A stretch of DNA of 64,000 nt from contig CM082584.2 in the NCBI GenBank assembly GCA_040954595.2, positions 4,282,110 to 4,346,109 of the forward strand, written 5' to 3'. Below are positions 11,411 to 24,000 of the stretch, piece by piece (position 1 is the stretch's first letter; every line of letters begins with the position of its first letter). Source of the DNA: Balanoglossus misakiensis. Its lineage: Eukaryota; Animalia; Hemichordata. Below the pieces are notes generated by a model. It ran no database searches. It worked only from the letters and a program-made list of their open reading frames with translations, and was not told the DNA's origin. Position numbers and translations under genes: made by a program.

Positions 11411-12249
11411 AGCTAGGAGACTGCAGTTTAACGGACAAATTAGCACAGATTGTAAACATCACTCTCATCAGAAGAGTCATTTTATCTAACGCGTTCACAC
11501 ACATGAGCCAATGTTTTACTGATGTTCGTCTGTGTGTGTTTACATGAAATTTCAAGAAAGACTGAACGAATCCATGTCCAAGTACATGAACTAATTAGTT
11601 GGTGTCGGATGTGGCTTACATATTAATTTACCATAGATCAAAACATTTCTGATAATTGTGTGTGTGAGTGCATTGTCCTTCTGTATGTTCATATATCCCA
11701 GGGAATGCTGAATGGATGCGAGTAAAATTCGCTGATAAGATATTCTTCGATTTAGCGTGCTTTTTAATAAAGTTATCAAGGTTTTAATTTTTCTACTGAT
11801 TTTTTTCTTCATTTGTTCGATTTTTGCCGCCATATCTATACATCATCATTACATGTAACACAAAGCCCTTGTGTAAAACACTGCTAAAGAATATGTGTCT
11901 GCGCACTGGTGCGGCGATCATGTGGTATATATCCATACAGCTTATTTATTTTACATTTCACCTACATGTGTTTTAAATTTGTCAATGCTTCTCACAATTG
12001 TGCTCTGTGGCCAAGCAAAGGGATTCCACCAGGAAAAATTCTGTGAACTTCTGCCTTTCAGTCAATTGTTTCACAGTTGTATTTCCCAGATCCAACAAAA
12101 TGCGATGAGATCACTCAGATTTTCACACAAAACACGAAATGTCTTCGCTGGTCAAAACACGTGACAGCAAGACAAATGGTTCCGGTAGTGTTGAACATCC
12201 AAATTTACTTGACGGAACATGGTTTTCAATTCCGAGTGAAACTCTAAAA

Positions 12250-13030
12250 CCATATCTACGGATAAATTGTCCAAACAACCACATCTATTTTCGATAAGAG
12301 CTTTTTGTTCAAAATTACAAAAAATCCAAGAACGTTGCTATGTGGGGATTCGTCATTAATTGAGTTAAGATTTATAGTGTCAGATGTTGTCAAGTGGAAT
12401 AAGTTAGTATCGTCTGCAAAGAGTCTGAAGTCAAAAAAATTTGTAGCTTAATATCAAAAAGTCCTTGATGTATATGAGAAAGAGTGTTGGACCTAAAATA
12501 GAACCTTGGGGAACACCGCATCGTACATGTTTGGGTGTGGAAGATTGACCGTCAATGACAACAAACTGTTGGCGATTTTCCAGATAGCTCATGACTCATT
12601 GTTGTGGAAGACCCCGGATCCCGTAGTAATTTAGTTTTTGAATGAGAATCTAGTACGTGGTTAATGGTGTCAAAGGCCTTTTGCAAGTCAACAAAAAATC
12701 CAAGAGTAACGAGGCCTTTTGCCAATGTTATCTGTAATGTCAGAGAGTAAGTCAACAAGAGCAAGTTTCGTACTGCGCTTTTGTCTAAACCATACTGGGT
12801 GTCAGGGATATAATTTTATACTTGTCAAGGAAATAAATAAGCTTTTTGTTGACAAGATTCGCTATACATAAAATTTGCCCGAAAGTGATATCAGGTAACA
12901 GCAATAGTGTAAAATCCATGGAATAAATAATTGTAACTAAGATACCTTGAGTCAAGTCCGGGGGATAAGTGTTGTGCACTATTGAAAATGTACGAATCTT
13001 TGACACAAGTAAGATAATGTTTCCCAGCAA
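12250..13030 (-). pseudogene. Degenerate LINE reverse transcriptase fragment (copy 1)
   Basis: Frameshifted motifs [29 protein letters not shown] on the minus strand. Confidence 0.75.
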
Positions 13031-14365
13031 ACTGCTGCTACTAATAAAATATCGGCCATGGAGACCATTTGTCCGTTATTATTCAATGGAATGACGGACC
13101 CCAGCTCGCCGGAGGTGCATTAGGGTCATACACGAAAACCAGAATGATTAACTAAAGGTCGTGTAAAGTTAGATAACTTTGCTCAAGAATGTCGTTTGCT
13201 AATGTTTTACAGCATACATGTACATGTACTTACCTTCGCTGTCTTGTGTTTCAACTTGTTTCCGCCGTTCCAATTTTGTTTCACAGAAGCAATCTCGCAA
13301 TTAATTCCCTCGCGTGTGAAAATACAACATGGCAGGCGTCTACAGTGTTATTAATGGAATCATAGAGAACATGGGCTGGACTACAATCGTGGTGATCTGC
13401 AGTGGCCACCGTTTCCTCCATGTATGGACGATCCTCAGAGAAGTTGTGCTTGAAATATTAGAACGCATTCTTCCAGTAGTCTGCGTCACTTGCAAAAGAT
13501 ATAATGGCATTCATGTTCACTAATTGTTTTTCCCAAAGTTTTCCAACTCCGATTATAAAATGATTCACCCCTCATCGCGCACGTGGACTACTATATGTGA
13601 CCTGCATGGTCGTGTTAGTCCTGGTATCCGGCTCATGGTGACTTTGTGTGTGTAAACAGTGCTTGTGTTTTATGGTCCCACGCATAATTGACCAATGTGT
13701 TTATGATTTCTAGAAAATGTATTTTAATAATTCTCAAAAAGACCCCGGAGCGAGTTTGTGCCCGGGCTGTCTTTTTATGAGCTGTTGAAACACCTGGGCC
13801 GGCTTTGCCAAGTGTATGACCACGGTCAATCCACACGTACAATGTGTCAGGCGGAAGTAAGGGTTCACCAAAAGAGGGCGCATTTTATCATGCATACAAT
13901 TACAGAAGAAGTTTTTGAATTATGGTACATACATGTTTATTGAACTGACTGTACTACAAGACATAAAAGAGTTGTGTATTTCTTAATGACTAATTTGCGC
14001 TTTAAATAAATTTGTATACAATTAACCCTATGTCTCCTGAGTACCGAACGTGATGAAGCCTTTCACCGCTATTGTTTGTAACATGCAGTGATCAATTGTG
14101 TACTTTCTGACATGTTAACTGCAACTCTAGCTGTAAAATCAGGCATTTAGCATCTTCTGTCAATGGATAATTTGCATATAAAAATATTTGCAAAAAAGGC
14201 CGAGTAACCCAGAGTGCCTACACAGCAATGAAGAAAAGTTCCAGAAAATATGTTAACTTTTACAGTAATTACAATATCTCCTATCTACTTTGTGTTCCAA
14301 ACTTCAACCACAGTAGGGACAGTAGGGAATAGTATATGTTAACTTTCAAAAGACAACAAAAAGAA

Positions 14366-14443
<78 letters not shown>

Positions 14444-14492
14444 CCTGTATATAAATGACGTTTTTTATATTTTTCCTGTCTTTTTCATTCAG

Positions 14493-15041
14493 GGTATATT
14501 AATGCATCCACTGGACCACACGAGTATGATGTGGTTGAAAATGATGTATTGCGAAGCAAGACTTACGAAAGAAGTAGAACAAGGCGAAGAAAACGGTTCT
14601 GAAGAAAATCCACTATCGGCTCGAGTATTCTGCAAAGTGACTGGGACCGGAGGACGTACATACTGGGGGGCTAACGTCGGGGCGTTCAAATGTCAAAATA
14701 AGAATATTGTTGATTACTACATTGAAAATTTGAAACAAAATTATTTTCATAAAGAAGTAAACAATGCCTTAACCTCTCTAACTGTCGAGAATGGTTGTGT
14801 TAATGTGACTACACCAGTCGATTTACATGACACCGTACAATCTTCGGCTCTTAAATTTGGCGAGACACTCAACATCTTCGATAACCCCAAAATAATTCCG
14901 CCATGTCAGGGATGTAAGAAACTTTTTCCAAAAGTAACATTCGAACCTGATCGTGATCCAACGAAAACGGGTGATGTTTTTTCTCCGGCGGGAAGATGTG
15001 CAGAATACTATGCTATTAGTAAGCACTTAAATGATCAATGA
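14493..15041 (+). CDS. Duplicated catalytic last exon (copy 2) of the permuted deaminase-like gene
   Basis: Same acceptor (ttcattcag|GGT), open frame kept through in-frame indels, PPCQGC and GRCAE retained; no copy of exons 1-2 in the unit. Confidence 0.65.
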   Translation, partial: GILMHPLDHTSMMWLKMMYCEARLTKEVEQGEENGSEENPLSARVFCKVTGTGGRTYWGANVGAFKCQNKNIVDYYIENLKQNYFHKEVNNALTSLTVENGCVNVTTPVDLHDTVQSSALKFGETLNIFDNPKIIPPCQGCKKLFPKVTFEPDRDPTKTGDVFSPAGRCAEYYAISKHLNDQ

Positions 15042-15109
15042 GCCGTTAACTTTTGTAGTCCAAGTGGTTGTTGTCGGATGTAATGTAACATACATTTAAA
15101 TTTAATGTT

Positions 15110-15690
15110 TTGATGATTATGCATTTGATATATCAGGGTAGGCATGAGACGGTTTCGAAAGTACTGAAATATTCATTAATATTTAATCATTTCATGAATA
15201 TGTATTTGATATATCAGGAAAGGCATGAGACGGTTTCGAAAGTACTGAAATATTCATTAATATTTAATCATTTCATGAATATGTATTTGATATATCAGGA
15301 AAGGCATGAGACGGTTTCGAAAGTACTGAAATATTCGTTAATATTTAATCATTTCATGAATATGTATTTGATATATCAGGAAAGGCATTAGACGGTTTCG
15401 AAAGTACTAAAATATTCATTAATATTTAATCATTTCATGAATATGTATTTGATATATCAGGAAAGCCAGGAGACGGTTTCGAAAGTACTGAAATATTCGT
15501 TAATATTTAATCATTTCATGAATATGTATTTGATATATCAGGAAAGGCATGAGACGGTTTCGAAAGTACTGAAATATTCATTAATATTTAATCATTTCAT
15601 GAATATGTATTTGATATATCAGGAAAGCCAGGAGACGGTTTCGAAAGTACTGAAATAATCATTAATATTTAAACATTTGCCGATTATGTA
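15110..15690. repeat. ~69 bp minisatellite, expanded copy in unit 2
   Basis: About 8 tandem units of the same motif as 11050-11410. Confidence 0.9.
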
Positions 15691-16849
15691 CTGATGTTCG
15701 TCTGTGTGTGTTGACATGAAATTTCAAGAAAGACTGAACGAATCCATGTACAAGTACATGAAACTAATTATTTGGTGTCGGATGTGGCTAACATATTAAT
15801 TTACCATTGATCAAAAAATTTCTGATAATTGTGTGTGTGAGTGCATTGTCCTTCTGTATGTTCATATATCCCAGGGAATGCTGAATGGATGCGAGTAAAA
15901 TTCGCTGATAAGATATTCTTCGATTTAGCGTGCATATTAATAAAGTTATCAAGGTTTTAATTTTTCTAATACATGGCTGTGTACGGGAAGCATTATGACA
16001 ATAATCTTGTATATACTTATTTTACTTTACCAAATACAAAAAACAGTATGAGAAGCACCATGTGATTTAAATGATAATTTGCAAAGTTAACAACATTTTT
16101 GCAGTTAGTACATATTTTGAAATTACCGCATAAAATTGGACAAAACATGGTACAGACGTTGATCTAACAGACTTTAGTGCGAGACATTAGATAGTTTCAC
16201 GCTAATTTTCAAATGATTGGCATATTTAAAATTAACGAGTTTAGGCTAGGCTATGTACATGCAGTTACTGTTCTAAATTCAATGACATTTGTTACAGATG
16301 CTATTACCTCACATATCAAAAAGTGTTCACTCTTTGAAACGGTATCTAATAATAAACAGCTATTGCGCATGTTAAAGGGATTGTGTCGTGACTACTGATT
16401 TTTTTCTTCATTTGTTCGATTTTTGCCGACATGTCTATACATCATCATTACATGTAAAACAAAGCCCTTGTGTAAAACACTGCTAAAGAATATGTGTCTG
16501 CACACTGGTGTGGCGATCATGTGGTATGTATCCATTCAGCTTATTTATTTTACATTTCACCTACATGTGTTTTAAACTTTGTCAATGCTTCTCACAATTG
16601 TGCTCTGTGGCCAAGCAAAGGGATTCCACCAGGAAAAATTCTGTGAACTCCTGCCTTTCAGTCAATTGTTTCACAGTTGTATTTCCCAGATCCAACAAAA
16701 TGCGATGAGGTTACTCAGATTTTCACACAAAACACGAAATGTCTTCGCTGGTCAAAGAAACGTGACAGCAAGACAAATGATTCCGGTAGTGTTGAACATC
16801 CAAATTTACTGGTACGAAAACATGGTTTTCAATTCCGAGTGAAACTCTA

Positions 16850-17630
16850 AAACCATAGCTACGGATAAATTGTCCAAACAACCACATCTATTTTCGATAA
16901 GAGCTTTTTGTTCAAAATTACAAAAATTCCAAGAACGTTGCTATGTGGGGAATCGTCATTAATTGAGTTAAGATTCATAGGGTCAGATTTTGTAAAGTGG
17001 AATAAGTTAGTATCGTCTGCAAAGAGTCTGAAGTCAAAATAAATTTGTAGCTTTATCAAAAAGTCATTGATGTACCGTATATGAGAAAGAGTGTTGGACC
17101 TAAAAGAGAACCTTGGGAACACCGCATCGTACATGATTTGGTGTGGAAGATTGACCGTCAATGACGACAAACTGTTGGCGATTTTCTAGATAGCTCCTAA
17201 ACCATTGTAGTGGAAGACCCCGGATCCCGTAGTAATTCAGTTTTTGAATGAGAATCTAGTACGTGGTTGATGGTGTCAAAGGCCCTTTGCAAGTCAACAA
17301 AAAATCCAAGAGTAACGAGGCCTTTTGCCAATGTTATCTGTAATGTCAGAGAGTAAGTCAACAAGAGCAAGTTTCGTACTGCGCTTTTGTCTAAAACCAT
17401 GCTGGGTGTCAGGGATATAATTTATACTTGTCAAGGAAATAAATAAGCTTTTTGTTGACAAGATTCGGTATACATAAAATTTGCCCGAAAGTGATATCAG
17501 GTAACAGCAATAGTGTAAAATCCATGGAATAAATAATTGTAACTAAGATACCTTGAGTCAAGTCCGGAGGATAAGTGTTATGCTATATTGAAAATGTACG
17601 AATCTTTGACACAAGTAAGATAATGTTTCC
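16850..17630 (-). pseudogene. Degenerate LINE RT fragment (copy 2)
   Basis: FVDLQRAFDTINH and RLFADDTNLF motifs; paralogous to 12250-13030. Confidence 0.75.
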
Positions 17631-20454
17631 CCAAAGCAAACTGCTACTAATAAAATATCGTCCATGCAGACCATCTGTCCGTTATGATTCAATAGAAAGA
17701 CAGATCTCAGCTCGCCGGAGGTGCATTAGGGTCATACACGAAAACTAGAATGATTAACTAAAGGTCGCGTAAAGTTAGATAACTTTGCTCAAGAATGTCG
17801 TTTGCTAATGTTTTACAGCATACATGTACATTTGTACATGTACTTACCTTCGCTGTCTTGTGTTTCAACTTGTTTCCGCCGTTCCAATTTTGTTTCACAG
17901 AAGTAATCCCGCAATTAATTCCCTCGCGTGTGAAAATACAACATGGCAGGCGTCTACAGTGTTATTAATGGAATCATAGAGAACATGGGCTGGACTACAA
18001 TCGTGGTGATCTGCAGTGGCCACCGTTTCCTCCATGTGTGGACGATCCTCAGAGAAGTTGTGCTTGAAATATTAGAACGCATTCTTCCAGTAGTCTGCGT
18101 CACTTGCAAAAGATATTATGGCATTCATGTTCACTAATTGTTTTTCCCAAAGTTTTCCAACTCCAATTATAAAATGATTCACCCCTCATCGCGCACGTGG
18201 ACTACGATATGTGGATTGCATGGTCGTGTTAGTCCTGGTATCCGGTTCATGGTGACTTTGTGTGTGTAAACAGTGCTTGTGTTTTATGGTCCCACGCATA
18301 ATTGACCAATGTGTTTATGATTTCTAGAAAATGTATTTTAATAATTCTCAAAAAGACCCCGGAGCGAGTTTGTGCCCGGGCTGTCTTTTTATGAGCTGTT
18401 GAAACACCTGGGCCGGCTTTGCCAAGTGTATGACCACGGTCACTCCACACGTATCACTGTGTCAGGCGGAAGGAAGGGTTCACCAAAAGAGGGCGCATTT
18501 TATCATGCATACAATTACAGAAGAAGTTTTTGAATTATGGTACATACATGTTTATTGAACTGACTGTACTACAAGACATAAAAGAGTTGTGTATTTCTTA
18601 ATGACTAATTTGCGCTTTAAATAAATTTGTATACAATTAACCCTATGCCTCCTGAGTACCGAACGTGATGAAGCCTTTCACCGCTATTGTTTGTAACATG
18701 CAGTGATCAATTGTGTACTTTCTGACATGTTAACTGCAACTCTAGCTGTAAAATCAGGCATTTAGCATCTTCTGTCAATGGATAATTTGCATATAAAAAT
18801 ATTTGCAAAAAGGCCGAGTAACCCAGAGTGCCTACACAGCAATGAAGAAAAGTTCCAGAAAAAATGTTAACTTTTACAGTAATTACAATATCTCCTATCT
18901 ACTTCGTGTTCCAAACTTCAACCACAGTAGGGACTATGGCAAGCCTCAGGGGTCTTAAGTATAGCAATAGTAGTATATAATGTTGAAGTAGTACGATTAT
19001 ATTTTGATTCGTTAATATATTATAAATAAATAGTAGTATATAATGTTGAAGTAGTACGATTATATTTTGATTCGTTAATATATTATAAATAAATAGTAGT
19101 ATATAATGTTGAAGTAGTACGATTATACTACCGTTATCATCTTAGCACCCCGAAACACTGAAAAGAACTCAAATATAATTAGCCAGAGTAAACTGAGATT
19201 TTTATGCTGAAGTCGGCATATGGTTACATTTGGTTTGGTTGAAAGCGAGGCTATCAGACGCTACGGCTTTGAAGCCACCGAGCAACCTGAGCATAATTTC
19301 TACGATATCCCAGCAGTTTTCTTCGTCCAATACCACTCTAAGGTACATGCTAAGTATCCTTGAGGTGAATACATGCAACAAGGGAAGTTTCCGAAAATCC
19401 CTGACTGAAAAATGACAAGCTTTGTAAACGGCGTGCAGCAGAGTTCCAGCACAGGCGAGAATAATGGCGACGATGACGTAAGATCAGTCTTCTTTACCTT
19501 CAACGACGTCTTTCCAGACAGACAGCGTAACTCCGAACTATATCTAACACATGAGGAGATTTATATCAGTGCTTCTGACACCGTCGGACCTGAATATCTT
19601 CGCTGCATACAGTTCGCAGGTGGGCTATGTCGCATATATATTGACGGGAGAGAGAACAGACTGAGCCTAATATCCTCTGGAATCGTGTTACGGGGTAAGC
19701 TTGTCCAAGTTAGAGAACGCAACCCTTTCGTTCACCACTTCGAAGGTGTTCGACTCACCTTGAAAGGCCTGCCGTTTTCTGCAGACAACGCTATTATCCA
19801 CACAGCTCTACAAAAATATGGTTGTGATATCATGAAAATTGACTATGAACAATTACGAGTGAACGGTAGATTAACGCAATGCTGTACTGGTAACCGTTAC
19901 GTCTACGTGAAGTCAGTCTCAAGACCAATTCCCACTTACAATATCAGAATGGGAAAATTTAATAATGTAAGAATTTACTACAGGGGCCAGAAGCAACAAA
20001 ACGATAACTATCGAGAAAGTACGACTACTCCACAAGGTGATAAAAGTACTGACGATGTCTCAGCTTTACCACCTGTTGGAAGTTCATTGATCCTTACAGC
20101 GGAGAGTGACACGTCGACAACCGCGGCTGACCCACTTCCTTGCTCAGACAACAATGAACGGGCTTCGCGTGAAAGTGAACCTGAGCAGTCGCCTACATCG
20201 CCCGCTACTATTGCTGCCCTGGAAACTTTCATTGACAAACAATATGTGCAAAATGTGTTGAGCACCGACGCTAAAAGCAAAGACGCTGCCTCTACCGCTA
20301 AAAGTGAAGGCAAGAAGCCAAAAAAGAAAAAGAAAAATATCCAGAAAAAAAGCAGAGACCCCGAGGAGCGACCACGGTCCTCAAACGCGAGCACAACCGA
20401 TAACGCATCAGACAGTGTCAGATGCGCCAGTTTAGTACAAACGTCGCCGAATCC

Positions 20455-20983
20455 TGTTACGATCTGTATAAAGGTCAAATACGATTTCAAGGGTTAATTA
20501 AGCCAGAGCTCGGGAATGTCAATGTTTGATAGTATTTGATTTTATGTATTTGAAGGAGATAGGGAGAGCGGGTGTTTAACTGACTGCTCTGATTCTCAAT
20601 CATCACCGAACTGACTTTGTTATATAACACTTTATGTAAATTGGTACGTATAGAGTTGACTGATGTCCAATGAAATTGTAACACATTGTATTTGTGATAT
20701 TTTACATTATTAACCACGCCTTGAGAAAAGTAATTATAAGAGAACTTTGTTTCCAAAGTTAAAAAGAATAATCTAACGGGAGATGGGAGTACCTCAGGCT
20801 ACTGAGCTCGTTCCCTTCCTCATGTACTTTACTGGGCGTATTTGATGTACTATATAATTCCGGACAATAAATGAACGTGAATCAGATACGTGTCTCCGTG
20901 GATCACTGTTCTCGTCAGAGCCCGATACCTCATCGCTACAGATTCCCCGATGCATGAACAATCATGAGAAACCAGCCGTAATA
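20455..20983 (+). repeat. Gypsy 5' LTR
   Basis: TGTTACG...CGTAATA; appears identical to 28062-28590. Confidence 0.95.
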
Positions 20984-21060
20984 CATGGTGGAGATACGTG
21001 GGTAGACGAAACAAATCCATCGGAGACAGAAACGGCGACGTCCAGCGGAAAGATTACAGC

Positions 21061-24000
21061 ATGGATCGCGAGATGCTAAACGACATGAACAGTCAATTAT
21101 CGGAAATACGACAGGTTACACTCAGAGCTGGAGGTCAGGTAGGCCCAGGTTTCTTTTCGGGTACAGAGACTGAGAATGCACACCGATGGTGGAAAAAATA
21201 TATAGACTTTGCTGACTTTAAGCAATGGTCAGACGAGAAACGGCTTAAAGGAATCGGACTATATTTGACTGGTGAAGCGGAGCGATGGTTCTACAGACTG
21301 TCTGCTGAAAAGAAAAATGACTTGACGACACTGCAAAATGTCTTCCTCGCTCGTTTTGATAAGTGCGGTCCGATGTGGCTGTATGACGAGAAACTGTTTC
21401 GCCTGAAGCAACTGCCGGACCAGACTGTTGAACAATATGCGGAATTAATATGCGAAAAAGCAGAAAAAGCGAAAAAGACTGATGAGGAACTACTATCTTT
21501 CTTCATGAACGGACTGAGACCGGACATACTAAAGTTCGTAGCGGGAATGTCACCTAAGGATTTCGAAACAGCGTACAAACATGCTCGAACAGCAGAGGTC
21601 GTGGCAGGATTACCAGAGACAGACGAGCCAGAAGCGGGTCTTTTACAACAAATCTCGACACGGATTGACGACATGAAACAAGAAGATGAAGAAATGAAGA
21701 CCAAATCAAGCGCGGCAGATCATCGAGGACGATCGACAAAAAGAGAGAAGAAATCGCCGAATTACAGAGCAAGAGAACGAACAATAGACTATAAGGTAAA
21801 GAGGAACAGATATAATTTTACTGGGCACTCTACCCAACGTTTTCCTCGACATAGTCAATTTAATTCCCGTGCATGTTTTAATTGTGGGCGTTACGATCAT
21901 ATAGCTAGAAATTGTTCAAAATATGCGTTCTCTGGAAATGTTTCGAAGCCTAGTCGGAAATTTTATTTTGATGGATCGTCCGACAGCAGGTCATGTGCAG
22001 GTGTAAATGCACTCGGGAAAGAGGGTGCCTATAATGTTAAAGATGGTGTAAACTTTGTTAACAAAGATGGGTGTGCTTTTCATGAGAATGTTATTCCAAT
22101 TTCAATATGTCATGAAAAAGTGACGTCATTAATTGATACTGGAGCACATATTACTGTAGCTCCTATTCGGTTGTTAGAGCTAGTACCCGCTCTAAAGAAT
22201 TATCCGATGTTCAAGTCCAGATATAATTGTGTACATACAGCACACGAAGACAAATTGAAGGTAATTGGATTTATGAAAATACCTGCTTTTATTGGGAATA
22301 AGCGTGTATTACTGTATGTTAATTTAGTTGAGTCTCTTCAGCATAATCTGATTTTGGGACTTGATTTTATGAAGCGTTATAGAGCTGTTATTGATTTCAA
22401 GGGTAATATTTTAAGATTACAATCAGACGTACCGTTAAGAACAAATGTTGATGTTAACATTTCACCTGGAAGTGAAATGGTTATTCCAGTGAAAGTACCG
22501 TATAAATATCTTACTGGAGTTTTAGGTTGTATTTGTGATAAACGAACACGCTTAACCCCGGGTATTTTGGTAGCTAAGGGGTTGGCCTATTCGAATAAGA
22601 ATTTTCTTCCCATGCGAGTTGTAAACACTTTGGATACTGTGGTCAAAATTAAGAAAAACAGTGTTGTTGGAATGTTTTCGCCTTTGCCCCGTAATAGTGA
22701 AATAGTCCCACTCGATAATACTGCCGTTAATTGTGTCTCACCTCAAGGGCCCCGTACACAGAAAGAGACGGATTATTTGATGGGTCAATTGAAATTTAAT
22801 GAATTAGAGATAACTAAGGCACAGCGTAAACAGCTTAGAGATGTTTTACTGCACAATATGGAAGCTTTTGTTGATTCTAGTGGTCGTTTAGGCAACTGTG
22901 ATGTAATCAAACATACAATACGATTACAAGAGGGTGCTGCCCCGTTCCGTCGCCCACCTTACCGAGTAACGCCTGAGAAAAGGCGTGAACTTGAGCGACA
23001 AGTTGATCAGCTGTTAGAACAAAATATTATCGAGCCGTCCACTTCACCGTTTGCTAGTCCAGTAGTTTTAGTCAAAAAGCCTGATGGTTCGTGGCGTTTT
23101 TGCACAGATTTCCGTCATTTGAATAATATTACAGTGCCTGATTCGTTTCCCTTACCTAGAACTGACGAATCTCTTGAAATGTTAGGCAAGAATAAGCCTC
23201 AGTATTTTTCGACGCTTGATTTACAGTCAGGATTTTTTCAATTGGAATTAGATGAAGAGAGCAGACCAAAAACAGCTTTTGTCACACATCAAGGTTTATA
23301 TCAATACAGGAGACTTGCCCAGGGGTTGCGAAATAGTCCCAGTTGTTTTCAGCGTACTATGCAACACGTGTTACGCAATATTATGTGGCAATATGTGTTA
23401 TGTTACATCGATGATATTATTATATTTAGCAGCTCTTTTGAGGAGCATCTTCAACACATTGATACTGTCCTAACCAGGTTACGTCAAGCTGGATTGAAAT
23501 TAAAGCCCAGCAAATGTCAATTTATGAGAAAGAGTGTTAAATTTTTGGGTCATATTATCAGTAAGGATGGAATTGCGGTTGACGAGAGTAAAGTAACAGC
23601 TGTTAAAGAATATCCCCGTCCTCATACTGTCACACAGCTGAAATCATTTTTGGGGTTGGCCAATTATTATAGAAAGTTTATAAAGAATTTCTCGATCATT
23701 GCAAGGCCTCTGCATAAATTGTTGGGAAAGGACACGAAATTTGAATGGGATGATCGATGCGAACATGCATTTGAGAAATTAAAACATGTCCTGTGTCAAG
23801 CACCAATTCTAGGGTATCCTGATATGAATGAAAATTTCACAATTTATACCGATAGTTCCACTCATGCCCTGGGGTTTGTTTTAGGTCAACGACAGAATGG
23901 TGTTGAACGAGTGATTTTATATGGGGGTCGAAGTTTAAACTGTCACGAAAGAAATTACTCAATTACAGAATTGGAAGCTTTGGCCGTCATTCATGCTATC

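Larger units (their letters stand above)
9899..18933 (+). repeat. Tandem segmental duplication: units 9899-13910, 13911-18525 and a truncated third unit 18526-18933
   Basis: Each unit starts GTTTTTGAATTATGGTACAT and the units are highly similar throughout; unit 2 has an extra ~430 bp (~15969-16395) and lacks ~11400-11517. Confidence 0.93.

Noticed and set aside
15110-15690. Repetitive ORFs (MNMYLIYQERHETVSKVLKYSLIFNHF)n
   Set aside because: Translation of a 69 bp minisatellite downstream of the stop codon; variable copy number and internal stops
3830-18933. Endogenous DNA virus or Polinton as the source of the US22 gene
   Set aside because: No polymerase, capsid, packaging ATPase or integrase genes are visible, and the neighbouring gene has spliceosomal introns
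20487-20756. Identical 89 aa minus-strand ORFs here and at 28094-28363
   Set aside because: They lie within the two LTRs; identity reflects LTR duplication and there is no recognisable domain
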